Below, piece after piece: positions 22,101 to 32,674 of a stretch of DNA of 64,000 bases. Each line of letters opens with the position of its first letter. Positions within the stretch are counted from its first letter, which is position 1. The DNA lies in NCBI GenBank assembly GCA_964583075.1, contig CAZOUW010000002.1, positions 5,915-69,914 of the forward strand, written 5' to 3'. A program made the position numbers and the translations under genes. Origin of the DNA: an uncultured Candidatus Saccharibacteria bacterium (GTDB lineage Bacteria > Patescibacteriota > Saccharimonadia > Saccharimonadales > JAGQNJ01). A model generated the notes under the pieces. The model was not told the DNA's origin and did no database searches. It saw only the letters and a program-made list of their open reading frames with translations.

Positions 22101-22941
22101 CAAGCAATCTTAGTCGCTTCATGAGCTTCTTCTTGCGCTGACCTTTAGCGGCATCTGCTTCTTCCGTAAGCTCCTTAATAAGAGCCGGTAGATCAATCTC
22201 ATCTAATAGATCTTTAAGTGCGGTACCACCCATACCAACATCAATAATATCCACAAGTTCGTCAGGCAAATTATAGTAATCATTCTCACTAAGCAAGTTA
22301 AGTTTAACGAGTGATTCAACTTGTGCCTTGTACGTCTCAAACGCTAAAGTTACTTCTTCAAGTTCTTTGGTGCGCATTTCAGCCAAGGCCTTTACATTTG
22401 CGTCATCTTTGGAAGCTTCAGCTTCATATCGAGCCTTAATTGCCTCTTGAGCGGCCGCAAACTCAGCCTCTTTATCAGAGAGTAGCTGATCTCGTTTTGT
22501 AGCATCAACCGACTTAATAACGTAACTTGCAAAATATGCAATACGCTCTAGATTTTTGACGGTTAGGCCCAGTAACAAGCCGACAGCACTCGGTGTACCA
22601 CGAAGGAACCAAATATGTGCAACAGGGCTAGCCAGACTGATATGACCCATGCGTTCACGCCGTACAATACTCTTTGTGACAATCTCACCATTTTTATCAA
22701 CGGCAGCTTCTCGTGATCGTACGCCTTTATATTTTGCGTCATGCGGGTTGATATCTTTTACGGGACCAAAGATTCGTTCACAAAACAGACCGTCTCGTTC
22801 TGGTTTTTGTGTTCGATAGTTAATTGTCTCTGGTTTTGTTACTTCACCATATGACCAATCCATAATGTCATCTGCACTCGCAACAGCAAGACGAACAGAA
22901 TCAAAATCTGAAATTGTTGGACTATTAGAATAACGTCTCAT
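19123..22941 (-). CDS. rpoC: DNA-directed RNA polymerase beta' subunit
   Basis: 1272 aa with the NADFDGD catalytic motif and beta' domains. It directly follows rpoB. Confidence 0.96.
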   Translation of the reverse strand: MRRYSNSPTISDFDSVRLAVASADDIMDWSYGEVTKPETINYRTQKPERDGLFCERIFGPVKDINPHDAKYKGVRSREAAVDKNGEIVTKSIVRRERMGHISLASPVAHIWFLRGTPSAVGLLLGLTVKNLERIAYFASYVIKSVDATKRDQLLSDKEAEFAAAQEAIKARYEAEASKDDANVKALAEMRTKELEEVTLAFETYKAQVESLVKLNLLSENDYYNLPDELVDIIDVGMGGTALKDLLDEIDLPALIKELTEEADAAKGQRKKKLMKRLRLLESMEIAGIKPSSMCLSTLPVIPPDLRPMVQLTGGRFATSDMNDLYRRVINRNNRLKKLIELNAPEVIRRNEQRMLQEAVDALIDNGNARSGRAVAATGQRRRLKSLSDMLKGKQGRFRQNLLGKRVDYSGRSVIVAGPELKINQCGLPKMMALELFKPFVIGSLIQNEHAHNIRSATRMIEAGEIAVWDALDEVIKGKYVLLNRAPSLHRLSVQAFQPVLIEGKAIQLHPLVCKGFNADFDGDQMAVHLPLSDAAQDEAREIMASNKNLLKPADGSPILHIEQDIVLGCYYLTYERKGVSEEPINFTGLAEALMSLDAGEIVLQSKVSLPFRGEVRNTTLGRILFNEIFPEDFPFQDVTMTKKKLAGVMALAYQRYGQDKTAFIADDLKDLGFQYATKSGLSLGMDDFTDIPELPTILDKGEERVAEISQQYEQGFITNDERYRLTIETWQDVDSQVQKTLSEQFANEDSAMSTAVVSGARGNIGQVKTAVGMLGPVADATGRTIELPVKSNYKSGFTPLEYFTATRGARKGMIDTALKTADSGYLTRRLVDVSQDVFTITDDDADPGFAIHRSDAEEIGVSYASRLEGRFAAVAVKGHVKKGELITADIATAIEEDKDIDGVRIMSVLSCTNVRGISRKCYGIDPATGDLVADHHPVGVIAAQSIGEPGTQLTLRTFHSGGVAGEDITTGLPRVEELFEVRTPKGQAYLAEISGTVKAWEDGDHYVVEVTAKEGEPVEYPLAGRKVHVKNGASISIGDVLASEEEGANPLVAPVAGTAKVTKKSIFISPNSQSAVRYEIPGYKQLFVKDNDEVVAGERLTNGSINLHELMRLQGVEATQRYIMNEILRIFASQGQNIADKHLEIIVRQMFSRVQIEDAGDSDFVTGDIVSKIAVQEENDRLKEAGKEQVQFNQLLLGITKASLSTESFLSAASFQDTTRVLIATATSGKVDQLYGLKENVILGRMIPVGTGYNAYEDKVEIEEDAEVAAEI

Positions 22942-25900
22942 TATTTTACCTCCTCCTCATCTGTTGCCAGATCGTCATCATCAATACTTGCGGCTGAAAC
23001 TATAGCAGGTACCTGATCATCAAGCTCAATGATGTCAAACTCATCAATTCCGTCTTCCGCCGTCATATCAACATCTGATACTTCTGGAGCAGGAACGTCG
23101 ACATCCGCCTGGTGAATTGCTTCATCCTTAATATTTTCGGCAAGTACATTCTCAGCATCAACAGCCTTGTCAGACAAGATAAGATCAACTTTTAGACCAA
23201 GACCTTGAAGCTCCTTAACAAGCACGTTAAAGCTTTCCGGAACTTTAGGGCCTACTATCGGCATACTCTTAATGATTGATTCGTATGCTTTAGAGCGACC
23301 GTAAACGTCATCCGATTTAATTGTTAGCATTTCCTGTAGGGTATTTGCTGCACCGTAAGCTTCTAGTGCCCAAACTTCCATCTCACCAAATCGTTGACCA
23401 CCATTTTGAGCCTTACCACCGAGCGGCTGTTGAGTAACCATAGTATAGGGGCCAGTTGATCGCGCATGAATCTTGTCTACAATCATGTGATTTAGCTTGA
23501 TCATATACATGCTTCCAACTGTTGTTCGCTCTGCAAAAGCTTCACCAGTTCGCCCATCATAGAGTTGCTGCTTGCCATCCTCCGGCAATCCAGCTTCTTT
23601 TAGTAAGTCCTGAATCTTTTCGATCGGCACACCATTAAACGATGGTGACGCAACATGTAAGCCCAGCGCACGTGCTGCCATGCCAAGGTGAGTTTCAAAT
23701 AGCTGGCCGATGTTCATTCGAGACGGCACACCAAGTGGGTTCAGCAAAATATCTACTGGAGTCCCGTCCTCCATAAATGGCATGTCCTCAACCGGTAGTA
23801 CTCGAGCGATGACGCCTTTGTTACCATGACGACCACCTAACTTGTCGCCAACTGCAATTTTTCGCATCTGAGCAACAAAAACTTGGATTTGCATTATTAC
23901 GCCAGCCTTAAGCTCATGACCATTTTCACGACTGAACACCTTAACACCAACAACCTTGCCATGTTTACCATTACTCATGCGCTGAGAGGTATCACGAACA
24001 TCTTTAGCCTTTTCACCAAAGATCGCGCGGAGTAGCCGCTCTTCACTTGATAACTCCTGTTCACCCTTAGGCGTAATCTTACCAACCAAGATGTCCCCAG
24101 GATGTACATCAGCACCAATTCGCACAATGCCATCTTCATCAAGGTGACGAAGCGCCTCTTCGGAAACATTAGGGATATCACGCGTCACGACTTCTGGACC
24201 AAGCTTCGTTTCACGAACCTCAGTCATGTAATCAACAATATGTATAGAAGTCAGCGTATCATCCTCAACTAGTTTTCGAGACACAATAATAGCGTCTTCA
24301 AAGTTGTAACCAGTCCATGGCATGAAAGCCGCTACAAGGTCCTTACCAAGCGCAAGCTCACCACCATCAATTGACATACCTTCAATCAATGGGTCACCAG
24401 CCTTAAGCTTATCACCACTGCTAACTACCACTTTTTGATTAATCGATGAGCCTTCATTGCTGCGCACAAAGTGTTGTGGATAGTAGGTAACTTTCCCCGC
24501 ACTCTTATACTTAACAACCACCTCACTTGCTGATGCACTCAATACTTCACCGTCTTCCTCAGCCTGAATAAGTTGCCCTGTGTTACTGGCAACAATACCT
24601 TCAAGTCCAGTACCAACAATTGGTCGTTTTGGTTGAACGAGTGGCACAGCTTGACGCTGTTGGTTACTACCCATCAGACTTCGATAGACGTAATTCTTTT
24701 CAATAAACGGAATGAGACCGGCGCTTGAGCCTATAATCTGTCGCTTTGATGCGTCTAGATGGGTCACCTCATCTGCGTCAACTTCACCTGAAACAAGTCG
24801 ATTGCGTGCAGAAACACGTTCGTTAACGAAAAATCCGTCTTCAATTTTTTCGCTAGAACCAGCAATAACTGCCTGTTCCTCTTCAGCTGCGTCAAGATAA
24901 ACGACTTTGTTTGTAACCTTCGCTTTAACTGGCCAGGTTGCTTTGCTTTTTATAGCTGCCAGCTTCTTGGCGTCATCTGCTGAAATAGCTTTACCAGCCT
25001 TAACAATTACCTTGCCTTTTTCATCTTCAAGATCAACGCTTGCGGTATGTCCAACCGCATCTTTTGCAGTCACTGCGTTGATAACTTTGATGTATGGAGT
25101 TTCAACAAAGCCATATTCGTTAATACGCGCATAAAGACCCAGGTTAAGCACCAAGCCAATGTTGGCACCTTCTGGTGTCTCAACAGCACAAATACGTCCG
25201 TAGTGAGTTGCGTGTGCATCTCGAACTTCAAACCCAGCGCGCTCACGTGATAGGCCACCAGGACCCATAGAGCTCAAACGGCGTTTGTGAGCCAATTCAC
25301 TCAGTGGGTTAATCTGGTCCATGAACTGCGAAAGCTGAGAGCTTGCAAAAAATTCGCGAACAGCAGCTACTACTGGACGTGCATTGATAAGCTGCCCGGG
25401 TGTTACTGTTTCGATTTCGCTCATGCTCATGCGATCTTTGGTGTTGCGTTCCATACGTAGCAAACCGATCCGGAACTGGCGCTGCACAAGTTCGCCCACC
25501 AATTTAACACGTCGATTAGCTAGAGAATCGATATCATCAGCAAGTTCTTGTGTGTTATTCAGACGGATGACTTCAGCAATAATCGCAGTTAAGTCCTCAA
25601 TCCTCATTACTCGGTTTTCTACGGTATTAGGGACATCCAAATTTAGACGTTTATTAATCTTATATCGACCAACACGACTAAAGTCAAAGCGCTTGAAGTT
25701 ATAGAACATGTTCTCAATGAGACCTCGAGCATTATCTACGGTGGCAAGATCCCCAGGACGCAATCGTCGGTAAACCTCAATTAGCGCATCATTTGTACCT
25801 TTAGCTGGATCTTTTTCAAGTGTTGCCTCAATGTAGCTGGTTTTACCCTGATCAACATGGGTGAACGACTCTTTTATTTTGTTCTCAGTCAAACCAAGCG

Positions 25901-26486
25901 CGCGAAGCAAAGTTGTAACTGGAATTTTTCGTTTTCGATCAATCTTTACATAGATAGAGCCGTTTGCAGCGGTTTCAAATTCAAGCCATGCACCACGACC
26001 AGGAATGACCTTAGCACCATATAACTTCCCGGAAGCATGTTGCTCAGAAGTGAAGAATACACCTGCCGAACGAATCAACTGACTCACAACAACGCGTTCC
26101 GCGCCATTGATTACAAAGGTTCCACGGCTTGTCATCCAGGGATAATCACCAAGGTAGATCTCTTGCTCTTTGACTTCACCAGTTACCTTGTTAGTCAGAA
26201 CAACAGTTGCCTTCAGAGGTGCTTCGTAAGAAATATTATTCTCACGAGCTACGGCTTCGGTTGTCTTTGGATCTTCAAATCTGTAGTCTTTAAAACTTAG
26301 TGATAATTTTGTGCCTGTATAGTCATCAATCGGGCTAATCTCGGCTAAGAGCTCTCCAAGCCCTTCTTCTACAAACCATTGAAATGATTTGTTTTGGTGA
26401 TCTACTAGGTTTGGTAGATCAAGGATGTCATCTTTTTGTGTAAAGTACGTGCGTTTTTGAGGCGCAGTTGCAGACGTTTTTGCCAT
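22941..26486 (-). CDS. rpoB: DNA-directed RNA polymerase beta subunit
   Basis: 1181 aa with conserved beta subunit regions (GEMEVWALEAYGA, rifampicin cluster region). Confidence 0.96.
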   Translation of the reverse strand: MAKTSATAPQKRTYFTQKDDILDLPNLVDHQNKSFQWFVEEGLGELLAEISPIDDYTGTKLSLSFKDYRFEDPKTTEAVARENNISYEAPLKATVVLTNKVTGEVKEQEIYLGDYPWMTSRGTFVINGAERVVVSQLIRSAGVFFTSEQHASGKLYGAKVIPGRGAWLEFETAANGSIYVKIDRKRKIPVTTLLRALGLTENKIKESFTHVDQGKTSYIEATLEKDPAKGTNDALIEVYRRLRPGDLATVDNARGLIENMFYNFKRFDFSRVGRYKINKRLNLDVPNTVENRVMRIEDLTAIIAEVIRLNNTQELADDIDSLANRRVKLVGELVQRQFRIGLLRMERNTKDRMSMSEIETVTPGQLINARPVVAAVREFFASSQLSQFMDQINPLSELAHKRRLSSMGPGGLSRERAGFEVRDAHATHYGRICAVETPEGANIGLVLNLGLYARINEYGFVETPYIKVINAVTAKDAVGHTASVDLEDEKGKVIVKAGKAISADDAKKLAAIKSKATWPVKAKVTNKVVYLDAAEEEQAVIAGSSEKIEDGFFVNERVSARNRLVSGEVDADEVTHLDASKRQIIGSSAGLIPFIEKNYVYRSLMGSNQQRQAVPLVQPKRPIVGTGLEGIVASNTGQLIQAEEDGEVLSASASEVVVKYKSAGKVTYYPQHFVRSNEGSSINQKVVVSSGDKLKAGDPLIEGMSIDGGELALGKDLVAAFMPWTGYNFEDAIIVSRKLVEDDTLTSIHIVDYMTEVRETKLGPEVVTRDIPNVSEEALRHLDEDGIVRIGADVHPGDILVGKITPKGEQELSSEERLLRAIFGEKAKDVRDTSQRMSNGKHGKVVGVKVFSRENGHELKAGVIMQIQVFVAQMRKIAVGDKLGGRHGNKGVIARVLPVEDMPFMEDGTPVDILLNPLGVPSRMNIGQLFETHLGMAARALGLHVASPSFNGVPIEKIQDLLKEAGLPEDGKQQLYDGRTGEAFAERTTVGSMYMIKLNHMIVDKIHARSTGPYTMVTQQPLGGKAQNGGQRFGEMEVWALEAYGAANTLQEMLTIKSDDVYGRSKAYESIIKSMPIVGPKVPESFNVLVKELQGLGLKVDLILSDKAVDAENVLAENIKDEAIHQADVDVPAPEVSDVDMTAEDGIDEFDIIELDDQVPAIVSAASIDDDDLATDEEEVK

Positions 26487-26709
26487 AACGTGTTTGCATT
26501 CTCCTTTGATACGTGCCCTAAAACAGCTCTGGCCACACCATCAAGTCTCCCAAAAACCTGATGCGCAAACAGAGGTATAAAGCCTTAGATTGTTGATACT
26601 CGCGCGAAGATCCTAAGCTAGTTTGGACTGCTATCTAGGGTACCAATAGCAAGCCCGCTTACCCTACTTCTTAAAGGTATTCTAGCACGCATCATAAGTA
26701 AATATCAAG

Positions 26710-27306
26710 CTATTTTGCTAGAACTTTATCTACAATGCCGTAATTTTTTGCTTCGGTGGCTGATAGCCACTTGTCACGCTCCATATCTTCCTGGATTTTA
26801 CTAACTTTCTGACCAGTATTCTTTGCCATAATTTCATTTAAAAGTTGCTTGAGGCGTAACCCCTCTTTGAGATCAATCTCCATATCAGTAACCTTGCCGC
26901 GAGTACCAGCAGATGGCTGATGGATCATTACGGTTGCGTGTGGCAAAAGGAAACGTTTGCCCTTTGCACCAGAACTCAGCAAAAAGGCTGCTGCGCTGGC
27001 TTGGACACCAATACCAACGGTTTGGATATCGCATTTCACATACTGCATCGTGTCATAGATTGCAAAAGCATCGTAGACGCTACCACCTGGACTGTTAATG
27101 TAAAACTTAATATCTTTCTTTGGGTCTTCGTTTTCTAAAAATAACATCTGGGCAACAACCAGGTTTGCGGTGTGTTCGTTAACGTCTGTCCCTAAAAAGA
27201 TGATTCGGTCTTTCAAAAGACGAGAGTAAATATCAAAGGCGCGTTCCATGCGACCTTCTGATTCAATAACGGTTGGTACGAGTACTGAGTTTTGTGGAGT
27301 TATCAT
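26710..27306 (-). CDS. clpP: ATP-dependent Clp protease proteolytic subunit
   Basis: 198 aa with a ClpP Ser-His-Asp triad context ([16 protein letters not shown]...MIHQP). Confidence 0.93.
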   Translation of the reverse strand: MITPQNSVLVPTVIESEGRMERAFDIYSRLLKDRIIFLGTDVNEHTANLVVAQMLFLENEDPKKDIKFYINSPGGSVYDAFAIYDTMQYVKCDIQTVGIGVQASAAAFLLSSGAKGKRFLLPHATVMIHQPSAGTRGKVTDMEIDLKEGLRLKQLLNEIMAKNTGQKVSKIQEDMERDKWLSATEAKNYGIVDKVLAK

Positions 27307-27354
27307 ACCACCAGTGTAGACAATAAATTAGCACTCGTCAAGTGAGAGTGCCAA

Positions 27355-28659
27355 TTACTTACTTGTTGCTATATCCATAAGTCTTTCGACAGTTTTTTCA
27401 GTAAGTAAACGTGAGGCAATCTCTTGACGTGCTTCAGGCTTGGCAAGCTCTGTTTGCATTTCAGCGTCAGTGTATTGCCCCTTTAAAATTTGCATGCGAA
27501 CTTCAAGTTCTTCAGGAGTCACTTTAAGTTTTTCTGCGACGGAAATCTCAGCAAGTACAAGACCAGTCTTAACACGACGCTCAGCCTCTGGACGGAGTTC
27601 TTTCTTTGTGTATTGTTCTTCGGTTACGCCTTCTGCGTCCAGCATTTCTTGCCAGGTTTGACCACGATATGCCAAGTTCTGACGCACTTCGGCCCTCAGT
27701 CGTTCAAGCTGCTCATCAACCAGTGTTTCGGGCAAATAGAGGGAGCTATTATCAACAACCTCCAGGATAATCTCATTCTCAAGTTGACGATCAGCCTGAT
27801 TCTGCTTTTCAACTCCAAGTTGCTTCTTAATATCAGCCTTAAGCTCAGCAACCGTTTTAAATGGCCCAACTTTGGCCGCGAACTCATCGTCCACTTTTGG
27901 TTCTGTTAATTCATTAATAGTCTTTACGGTGACGGTAAACGCCACTTTCTTATTAGCCAGCGTTTTTACACCGTAGTCTTTGGGGAAGGTTAGCGTAAAT
28001 GTCTTTTCTTCACCCGCCTTCATGCCGATCACGTTGTCCTCAAAACCTGGGATAAAAGTATTACTGCCAAGCGTGAGTGGGTAATCTTCACCGTCAGCAC
28101 CCTTAATCGGCTTCTTTGCGGCATCAACACCTTTAAAGTCAATGATTGCTTCATCTTCTGCTTTGGCTGCGCGTGTAACTGCCGTCTTGGTTGCAGAACG
28201 TTGTTTTAGACTATCAATCACCTCCGATACGTCTTTAGCCGTAACTTCAGCTTTAGTCTTTGTCTTCTTGATTTTTTTATAGTCTGCCAGCTTTACATCA
28301 CCAAGTATTTCGACTTCTGCGTCAAATTCTAAGTTTGTAAAGGGCACAAACTTCTTAAGCGATATGCTTGGGCGCCCAAAGGCCTTTACCTTTTCATTAG
28401 TTACGGCAGATTGATATAAATGATTGACTGCTTCATCAAGAAATTCAGACTGTAGCGCTGTCTGGTCGACATTTTTTTCAACCACGTTCAGCGGTGCCTT
28501 ACCAGTGCGGAAACCGGCAACTTTAGTTTTTGCCTGAAAATGTGAGAGCGTATGTTGTTTTAGCTTTGTAAGCTCTGGCTCATCAGCAGTAATGCTCAAT
28601 TGAACTTTTGTTGGAGAAATGTCTGTACGTGTAACTTGCATAGAGCTTAACTCTACCAC
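27355..28659 (-). CDS. tig: trigger factor
   Basis: 434 aa. It has an N-terminal ribosome-binding domain, a central FKBP-like PPIase domain and a C-terminal domain. The tig-clpP order is canonical. Confidence 0.85.
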   Translation of the reverse strand: MVELSSMQVTRTDISPTKVQLSITADEPELTKLKQHTLSHFQAKTKVAGFRTGKAPLNVVEKNVDQTALQSEFLDEAVNHLYQSAVTNEKVKAFGRPSISLKKFVPFTNLEFDAEVEILGDVKLADYKKIKKTKTKAEVTAKDVSEVIDSLKQRSATKTAVTRAAKAEDEAIIDFKGVDAAKKPIKGADGEDYPLTLGSNTFIPGFEDNVIGMKAGEEKTFTLTFPKDYGVKTLANKKVAFTVTVKTINELTEPKVDDEFAAKVGPFKTVAELKADIKKQLGVEKQNQADRQLENEIILEVVDNSSLYLPETLVDEQLERLRAEVRQNLAYRGQTWQEMLDAEGVTEEQYTKKELRPEAERRVKTGLVLAEISVAEKLKVTPEELEVRMQILKGQYTDAEMQTELAKPEARQEIASRLLTEKTVERLMDIATSK

Positions 28660-28679
28660 CTTTTACTCTGTTAGTCCAG

Positions 28680-29141
28680 TTACGAGAAAATGAGCCAGCT
28701 CAGTAGTGCAACAGTTATAGCAAACCAAATAGATTCTACAATCCAGCCCCATGAAACTTCAAAGCGCTGAATTTTTTTATGCACTTTGCGCACAATATCC
28801 CAATGTTTATCTTCACCGTGAATATCATTCTGATAATGTTTGTACCACATAACATCTGGGATCCAACCAAGCATCGCACCAGCTGGTACAAGCCAAACTG
28901 GCAAGCCTGCCCGATAGCCCGCAAATGTCGATATTAGTACAAACGAGGTCGTCAAAAAAGTATCAAATTTCAGGATTGCACTAAACTCTTTACTGCCTGG
29001 TTGAGCAACTGTGTGCGCACCAAAGTGCGGTAGTGAGTCAAGCAAGAAATGCGAGGCAAAGGCAAGCGGAAGGCCAATAACTGGGTTGGCTACTCCAACT
29101 GCTACAATCGAGCCCATCACCGCATGATTAGTAGCCGTCAT
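28680..29141 (-). CDS. hypothetical membrane protein (possible YdjM/DUF457 membrane-bound metal-dependent hydrolase family)
   Basis: 153 aa with about 4 TM helices and a SHFLLDSLPH motif reminiscent of the DUF457 family. The assignment is tentative. Confidence 0.4.
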   Translation of the reverse strand: MTATNHAVMGSIVAVGVANPVIGLPLAFASHFLLDSLPHFGAHTVAQPGSKEFSAILKFDTFLTTSFVLISTFAGYRAGLPVWLVPAGAMLGWIPDVMWYKHYQNDIHGEDKHWDIVRKVHKKIQRFEVSWGWIVESIWFAITVALLSWLIFS

Positions 29142-30448
29142 TACTTCTTACGATAATCCTTTACTATACTGGCTAAGCGTTCGAGGCTATGTGCTTCTTC
29201 TCTGCCAGTTTGTAAATCCTTTAGTTTATATTGGCCGGTTGTAAGTTCTTGGTCGCCAATGAAAATAATGTAGCGAATGCCTTTTTTATCTGCCGTTTTT
29301 ATTTGCTTATCTAGTTTTCTGCCAGTGGTATCGATAGCGACATTAAGCTCCATCTCTCGCAAAAGCTCAATTGGCTTTAATGCCTGTTCGTACACGTTAC
29401 CAAGTAGTGCAACATAAACATCGGTGTGGCTTTCTAATTTTGGCATTAGTTCATGCAGCACAAGAAAGTTATGGAGAGTCGCGTCACCCATACCAAATCC
29501 AACCGTAGGAACGGGCTCAACACCAAATTGCGCCACCAAGCCATCGTAACGACCGCCACCAAACATTGAGCGATTGTTGTCGGGATGAGTGTCAAAAACT
29601 TCAAACACTATATCGGTATAGTAATCAAAACCTCTCATTAGCGTTATGTCATACGAAATATTTGTAATACCGTCTTGGCCCGCAAGTTCAAGTAAGTTAG
29701 ACAGCTCTTGTACAGAAGTATGTTTTTGCACGTCAGTTGGCAAATCACTAAGTTTCTTGGCCTTTAGAAGCTCCCATATCTTTTCCTCTGTTCCATCTTC
29801 GCGCTGATCGGGCGATAATACCGCATCTAACTTAGCAGCAAACTCACTCTCAGGAATCTTGTGCATTTTATCTATCAGGTGAATCAGCGTTTCTGATTCT
29901 ACGTCATCGAGTTTTAGATAATCTTCCAGTATGTGATTTATAAGTTTCCGACTATTTACTTTTATTGTATACATACTGGCTTTGGCACCAAACGCTTTCA
30001 TGATGGCATGGCTAACTTGAATCATCTCAAAATCCGCCGATAAATTACTCACACCAAATAAGTCAACGTTTAGCTGCCAAAACTCCCGCAAACGACCACG
30101 CTGTGGACGCTCATAGCGCCACAAATTAGGAATAGAGTACCACCTCAACGGATAAGCAAGCTCTTGACGCCTCCCGGCTACCATCCTGCTAACAGATGGT
30201 GTCATTTCTGTTCTGATAGTCACTTGACGATTGCCGCGGTCAGTGAAATTATATGTTTGCTCGTTGACAATCTCGTCACTCGTTTTGGTCGCATACAGTT
30301 CTGTTGGCTCTAAAAGTGGCGCGTCGTATTCTTCATAGCCAAACGATTCAACGGTTTTGCGCCACACACCAAACATCCACTTTTGTAAGCGTTTATCTTC
30401 TGGGTAAAAATCCCGTGCACCCTTATATGGTTGTGTCGACAGACTCAT
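29141..30448 (-). CDS. hisS: histidine--tRNA ligase
   Basis: 435 aa class-II aaRS with HisRS motifs (GARDFYPE, RYERPQRGRLREF, GGGRYD). Confidence 0.92.
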   Translation of the reverse strand: MSLSTQPYKGARDFYPEDKRLQKWMFGVWRKTVESFGYEEYDAPLLEPTELYATKTSDEIVNEQTYNFTDRGNRQVTIRTEMTPSVSRMVAGRRQELAYPLRWYSIPNLWRYERPQRGRLREFWQLNVDLFGVSNLSADFEMIQVSHAIMKAFGAKASMYTIKVNSRKLINHILEDYLKLDDVESETLIHLIDKMHKIPESEFAAKLDAVLSPDQREDGTEEKIWELLKAKKLSDLPTDVQKHTSVQELSNLLELAGQDGITNISYDITLMRGFDYYTDIVFEVFDTHPDNNRSMFGGGRYDGLVAQFGVEPVPTVGFGMGDATLHNFLVLHELMPKLESHTDVYVALLGNVYEQALKPIELLREMELNVAIDTTGRKLDKQIKTADKKGIRYIIFIGDQELTTGQYKLKDLQTGREEAHSLERLASIVKDYRKK

Positions 30449-30803
30449 AACAATTTACACTCAGTTTAGCATTATCTTTACGAAAATTAAATGTTAGCGA
30501 CATGAACTATGTTGGGTCAAAACTACAAAATACACTTTTACTTTTTTACACAGCTTATTGTAATGGTCTTGTGGAATAGCTAAATAATATGCACGAAAGA
30601 GCCCGTATCAAAACCCTGAATGATGGCGATGAACACCTAGAGGTAGCGTTGTTTAAGTCAGTGACTCAACGTTTGGCGTTAATTACACTTGTGGGATCGG
30701 ATGAATCAGAAAAAATAGTCGCGAAACGCAATAGGTATTCATCAGATTCAAGAGATAAAAGCCTTAACCAATTTGTAATTCATTATTTAAAATGGAGCAA
30801 AAG

Positions 30804-31754
30804 TTAACACGGACCGTAACTTCCGCTATATTCTTTCCCTAAATCAAGTGTCTTATAAATAGAGCTAAAACCCTGTGGCTTACTATTGCACATTTTAGTC
30901 TTGCCACCCGTATATTCAACATGAAATACTGGCTTTCCTTGACTAATGAAACCACTAACCAGAACATCGCATTCGTCGTACTGCAGACACTCCTCATTTA
31001 CAGCGTATTCCACATAGGGTGAAAGTTTGTTGACCGAACCAGAATCCAACATATTTTTAAGCCCAGCAGCCATCCCTCGCTCGTGAGCCGCAGATGCTAG
31101 ATTAATAACTAACTGTTCAGCCTTGGCTTTGGTAAGCGAAAAACCCGTACCAGAGTATTGATCTACATTGTCAGGTTCAACCCCATCACAGCCTCGTGAT
31201 TTTGCTAAATCAAGCCGTTTTATTATCACTGGCCAATATTCTGGAGCATCCCAGTTTACATACCATTCTCCGTCCCAGTCGGGATACTTATTTCCCCTTA
31301 TACTCAAAGGAAAATTATATTCTCCACTTCGCCAATCTTCGTAGTGAACAGAAAAATAACAAATTATTTTCTTGTTTTTAGACTTCAACGCACTGATATC
31401 ACTATCTTTAGCATCAAATAAATCAATATCAAAAACTTCAGCGTTAACGTTCGTATCTACCGTACCTGTGATTTGCCACTGCCAAGAGATACCAGCAGAC
31501 GGCTTCCAATACGTATCTACAGGCGGTTGAGTGACAGTCCCGAATTGAACATAAGAACCACCAGATGCGCCTGAATCACCACCTTTACGCAAACTTTGCT
31601 GACTAAAAGTTCCTTGTTGTGATTCTGGTTCAATAGAAATGGAGTTTACAGCAGCGCTAGCCAGCAAAGTTGCCCACAAACCGACAAAAGCAATAATAAT
31701 AAGCACTAGACGATATTTCTTAGCCGCCACCATTACTGCTTGAAGTTTAATCAT
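30804..31754 (-). CDS. secreted/membrane-anchored glycoside hydrolase, GH114 (TM1410/PelA-hydrolase-like) family
   Basis: ORF 30804..31832. The likely start is the internal MIKLQ, followed by a signal/TM segment. Motifs DIDLFD, ICYFS, GCDGVEPDNVD and VFHVEY resemble endo-alpha-1,4-polygalactosaminidase/GH114. Confidence 0.6.
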   Translation of the reverse strand: MIKLQAVMVAAKKYRLVLIIIAFVGLWATLLASAAVNSISIEPESQQGTFSQQSLRKGGDSGASGGSYVQFGTVTQPPVDTYWKPSAGISWQWQITGTVDTNVNAEVFDIDLFDAKDSDISALKSKNKKIICYFSVHYEDWRSGEYNFPLSIRGNKYPDWDGEWYVNWDAPEYWPVIIKRLDLAKSRGCDGVEPDNVDQYSGTGFSLTKAKAEQLVINLASAAHERGMAAGLKNMLDSGSVNKLSPYVEYAVNEECLQYDECDVLVSGFISQGKPVFHVEYTGGKTKMCNSKPQGFSSIYKTLDLGKEYSGSYGPC

Positions 31755-31934
31755 ATCAACCGTGATTATGCTTTTATAACAAGCATTGTAACGTAAACCA
31801 TAAAATAATAATACACAGTGAAAACTTAACAATAAAACCCCCTGAAAAGGAGGCCTGTTGTGTTGGTGGACCTAACCGCGCAGCAACTGAAACAGGGACC
31901 CCTAAGGACCCCTGCTGTTTCAAGTAACAACTAT

Positions 31935-32220
31935 TTGGTGCCTCTATACGATGAGGTTAGAACCTATTTTATCTCAAAAAGCTGAAAAGCGAGAACCTAA
32001 GCTCAGCCCTGCTGCCTTGCGGGCAAGTCTGCCCGTTGCGCCCCGCCAGAAAACCGCCTTTGAATTTTTAGATTTTCCCGCCGTTCCTTATTTTTCTAAA
32101 TGAAAAGTCGGTATTTTTGTCGGTTCGCCTGCGCATAGCGCAGAAGTGGCTGGGGCTTGGCTGGTTAATATTACAAGTATGTGCGTTAGATCACTCACAG
32201 TGTTTTTAAGTATTTTTGTT
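31935..32220. repeat. IR1-L: 286-bp inverted repeat, exact reverse-complement of 36194..36479
   Basis: A manual reverse-complement comparison of this stretch (ggtgcctctatacgatgaggttagaacc...cagtgtttttaagtatttttgtt) against IR1-R found no mismatch. Its outer end is ttggtg. Confidence 0.9.
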
Positions 32221-32661
32221 GGCTTTTTTATGCCGTCGGATTTCTATGAACGTAAGTGCCGTAATGACCAGGAAAGACAAAAAAGACATAAAAGGAATAG
32301 TGATAAAACCAAACCAGTTAATCTGCGGTACGGCACAAGAACTATCTATTGAACAAGTTTTAATTGCTTCTTCTATTATGCCCCATTGTAAGAGTGAATG
32401 GTAGAAAGCGATCATCGATCCGACAAGGCTAAGCGGCAACACATAATAGGCCGCATTATTGTCTTTACGGTAAACACCGACACCTAATATAAATGCGAGT
32501 GGAAACATAAATATCCTTTGATACCAACACAAGGCACACGGTACCAAATCCATCACCTCACTAAGCACCATACTGCCTAGTGAAGCCCCGATTGCTACTA
32601 GCCAAGCAATAAAAACCAAATTATTTAAAAACAAAGTATGTATTTGTTTCGTTTTAATCAT
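32206..32661 (-). CDS. disulfide bond formation protein B (DsbB/BdbC family, quinone-dependent thiol oxidase)
   Basis: The internal start MIKTKQIH gives 151 aa. There are 4 TM helices, a CALCWYQR motif in periplasmic loop 1 and a second Cys pair (CSIDSSCAVP). The longer ORF 32206..32718 overlaps the upstream gene. Confidence 0.75.
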   Translation of the reverse strand: MIKTKQIHTLFLNNLVFIAWLVAIGASLGSMVLSEVMDLVPCALCWYQRIFMFPLAFILGVGVYRKDNNAAYYVLPLSLVGSMIAFYHSLLQWGIIEEAIKTCSIDSSCAVPQINWFGFITIPFMSFLSFLVITALTFIEIRRHKKANKNT

Positions 32662-32674
32662 ATATTTTATTCTA

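Noticed and set aside
30589-30807. 72-aa plus-strand ORF in hisS upstream region
   Set aside because: Short, with no motifs and no RBS. It lies in the promoter region of a minus-strand gene.
31935-32220. IR1 unit as an IS or MITE
   Set aside because: It has no transposase ORF, no terminal inverted repeats within the unit and no target-site duplications. It is better explained as a recombination or att-associated repeat.
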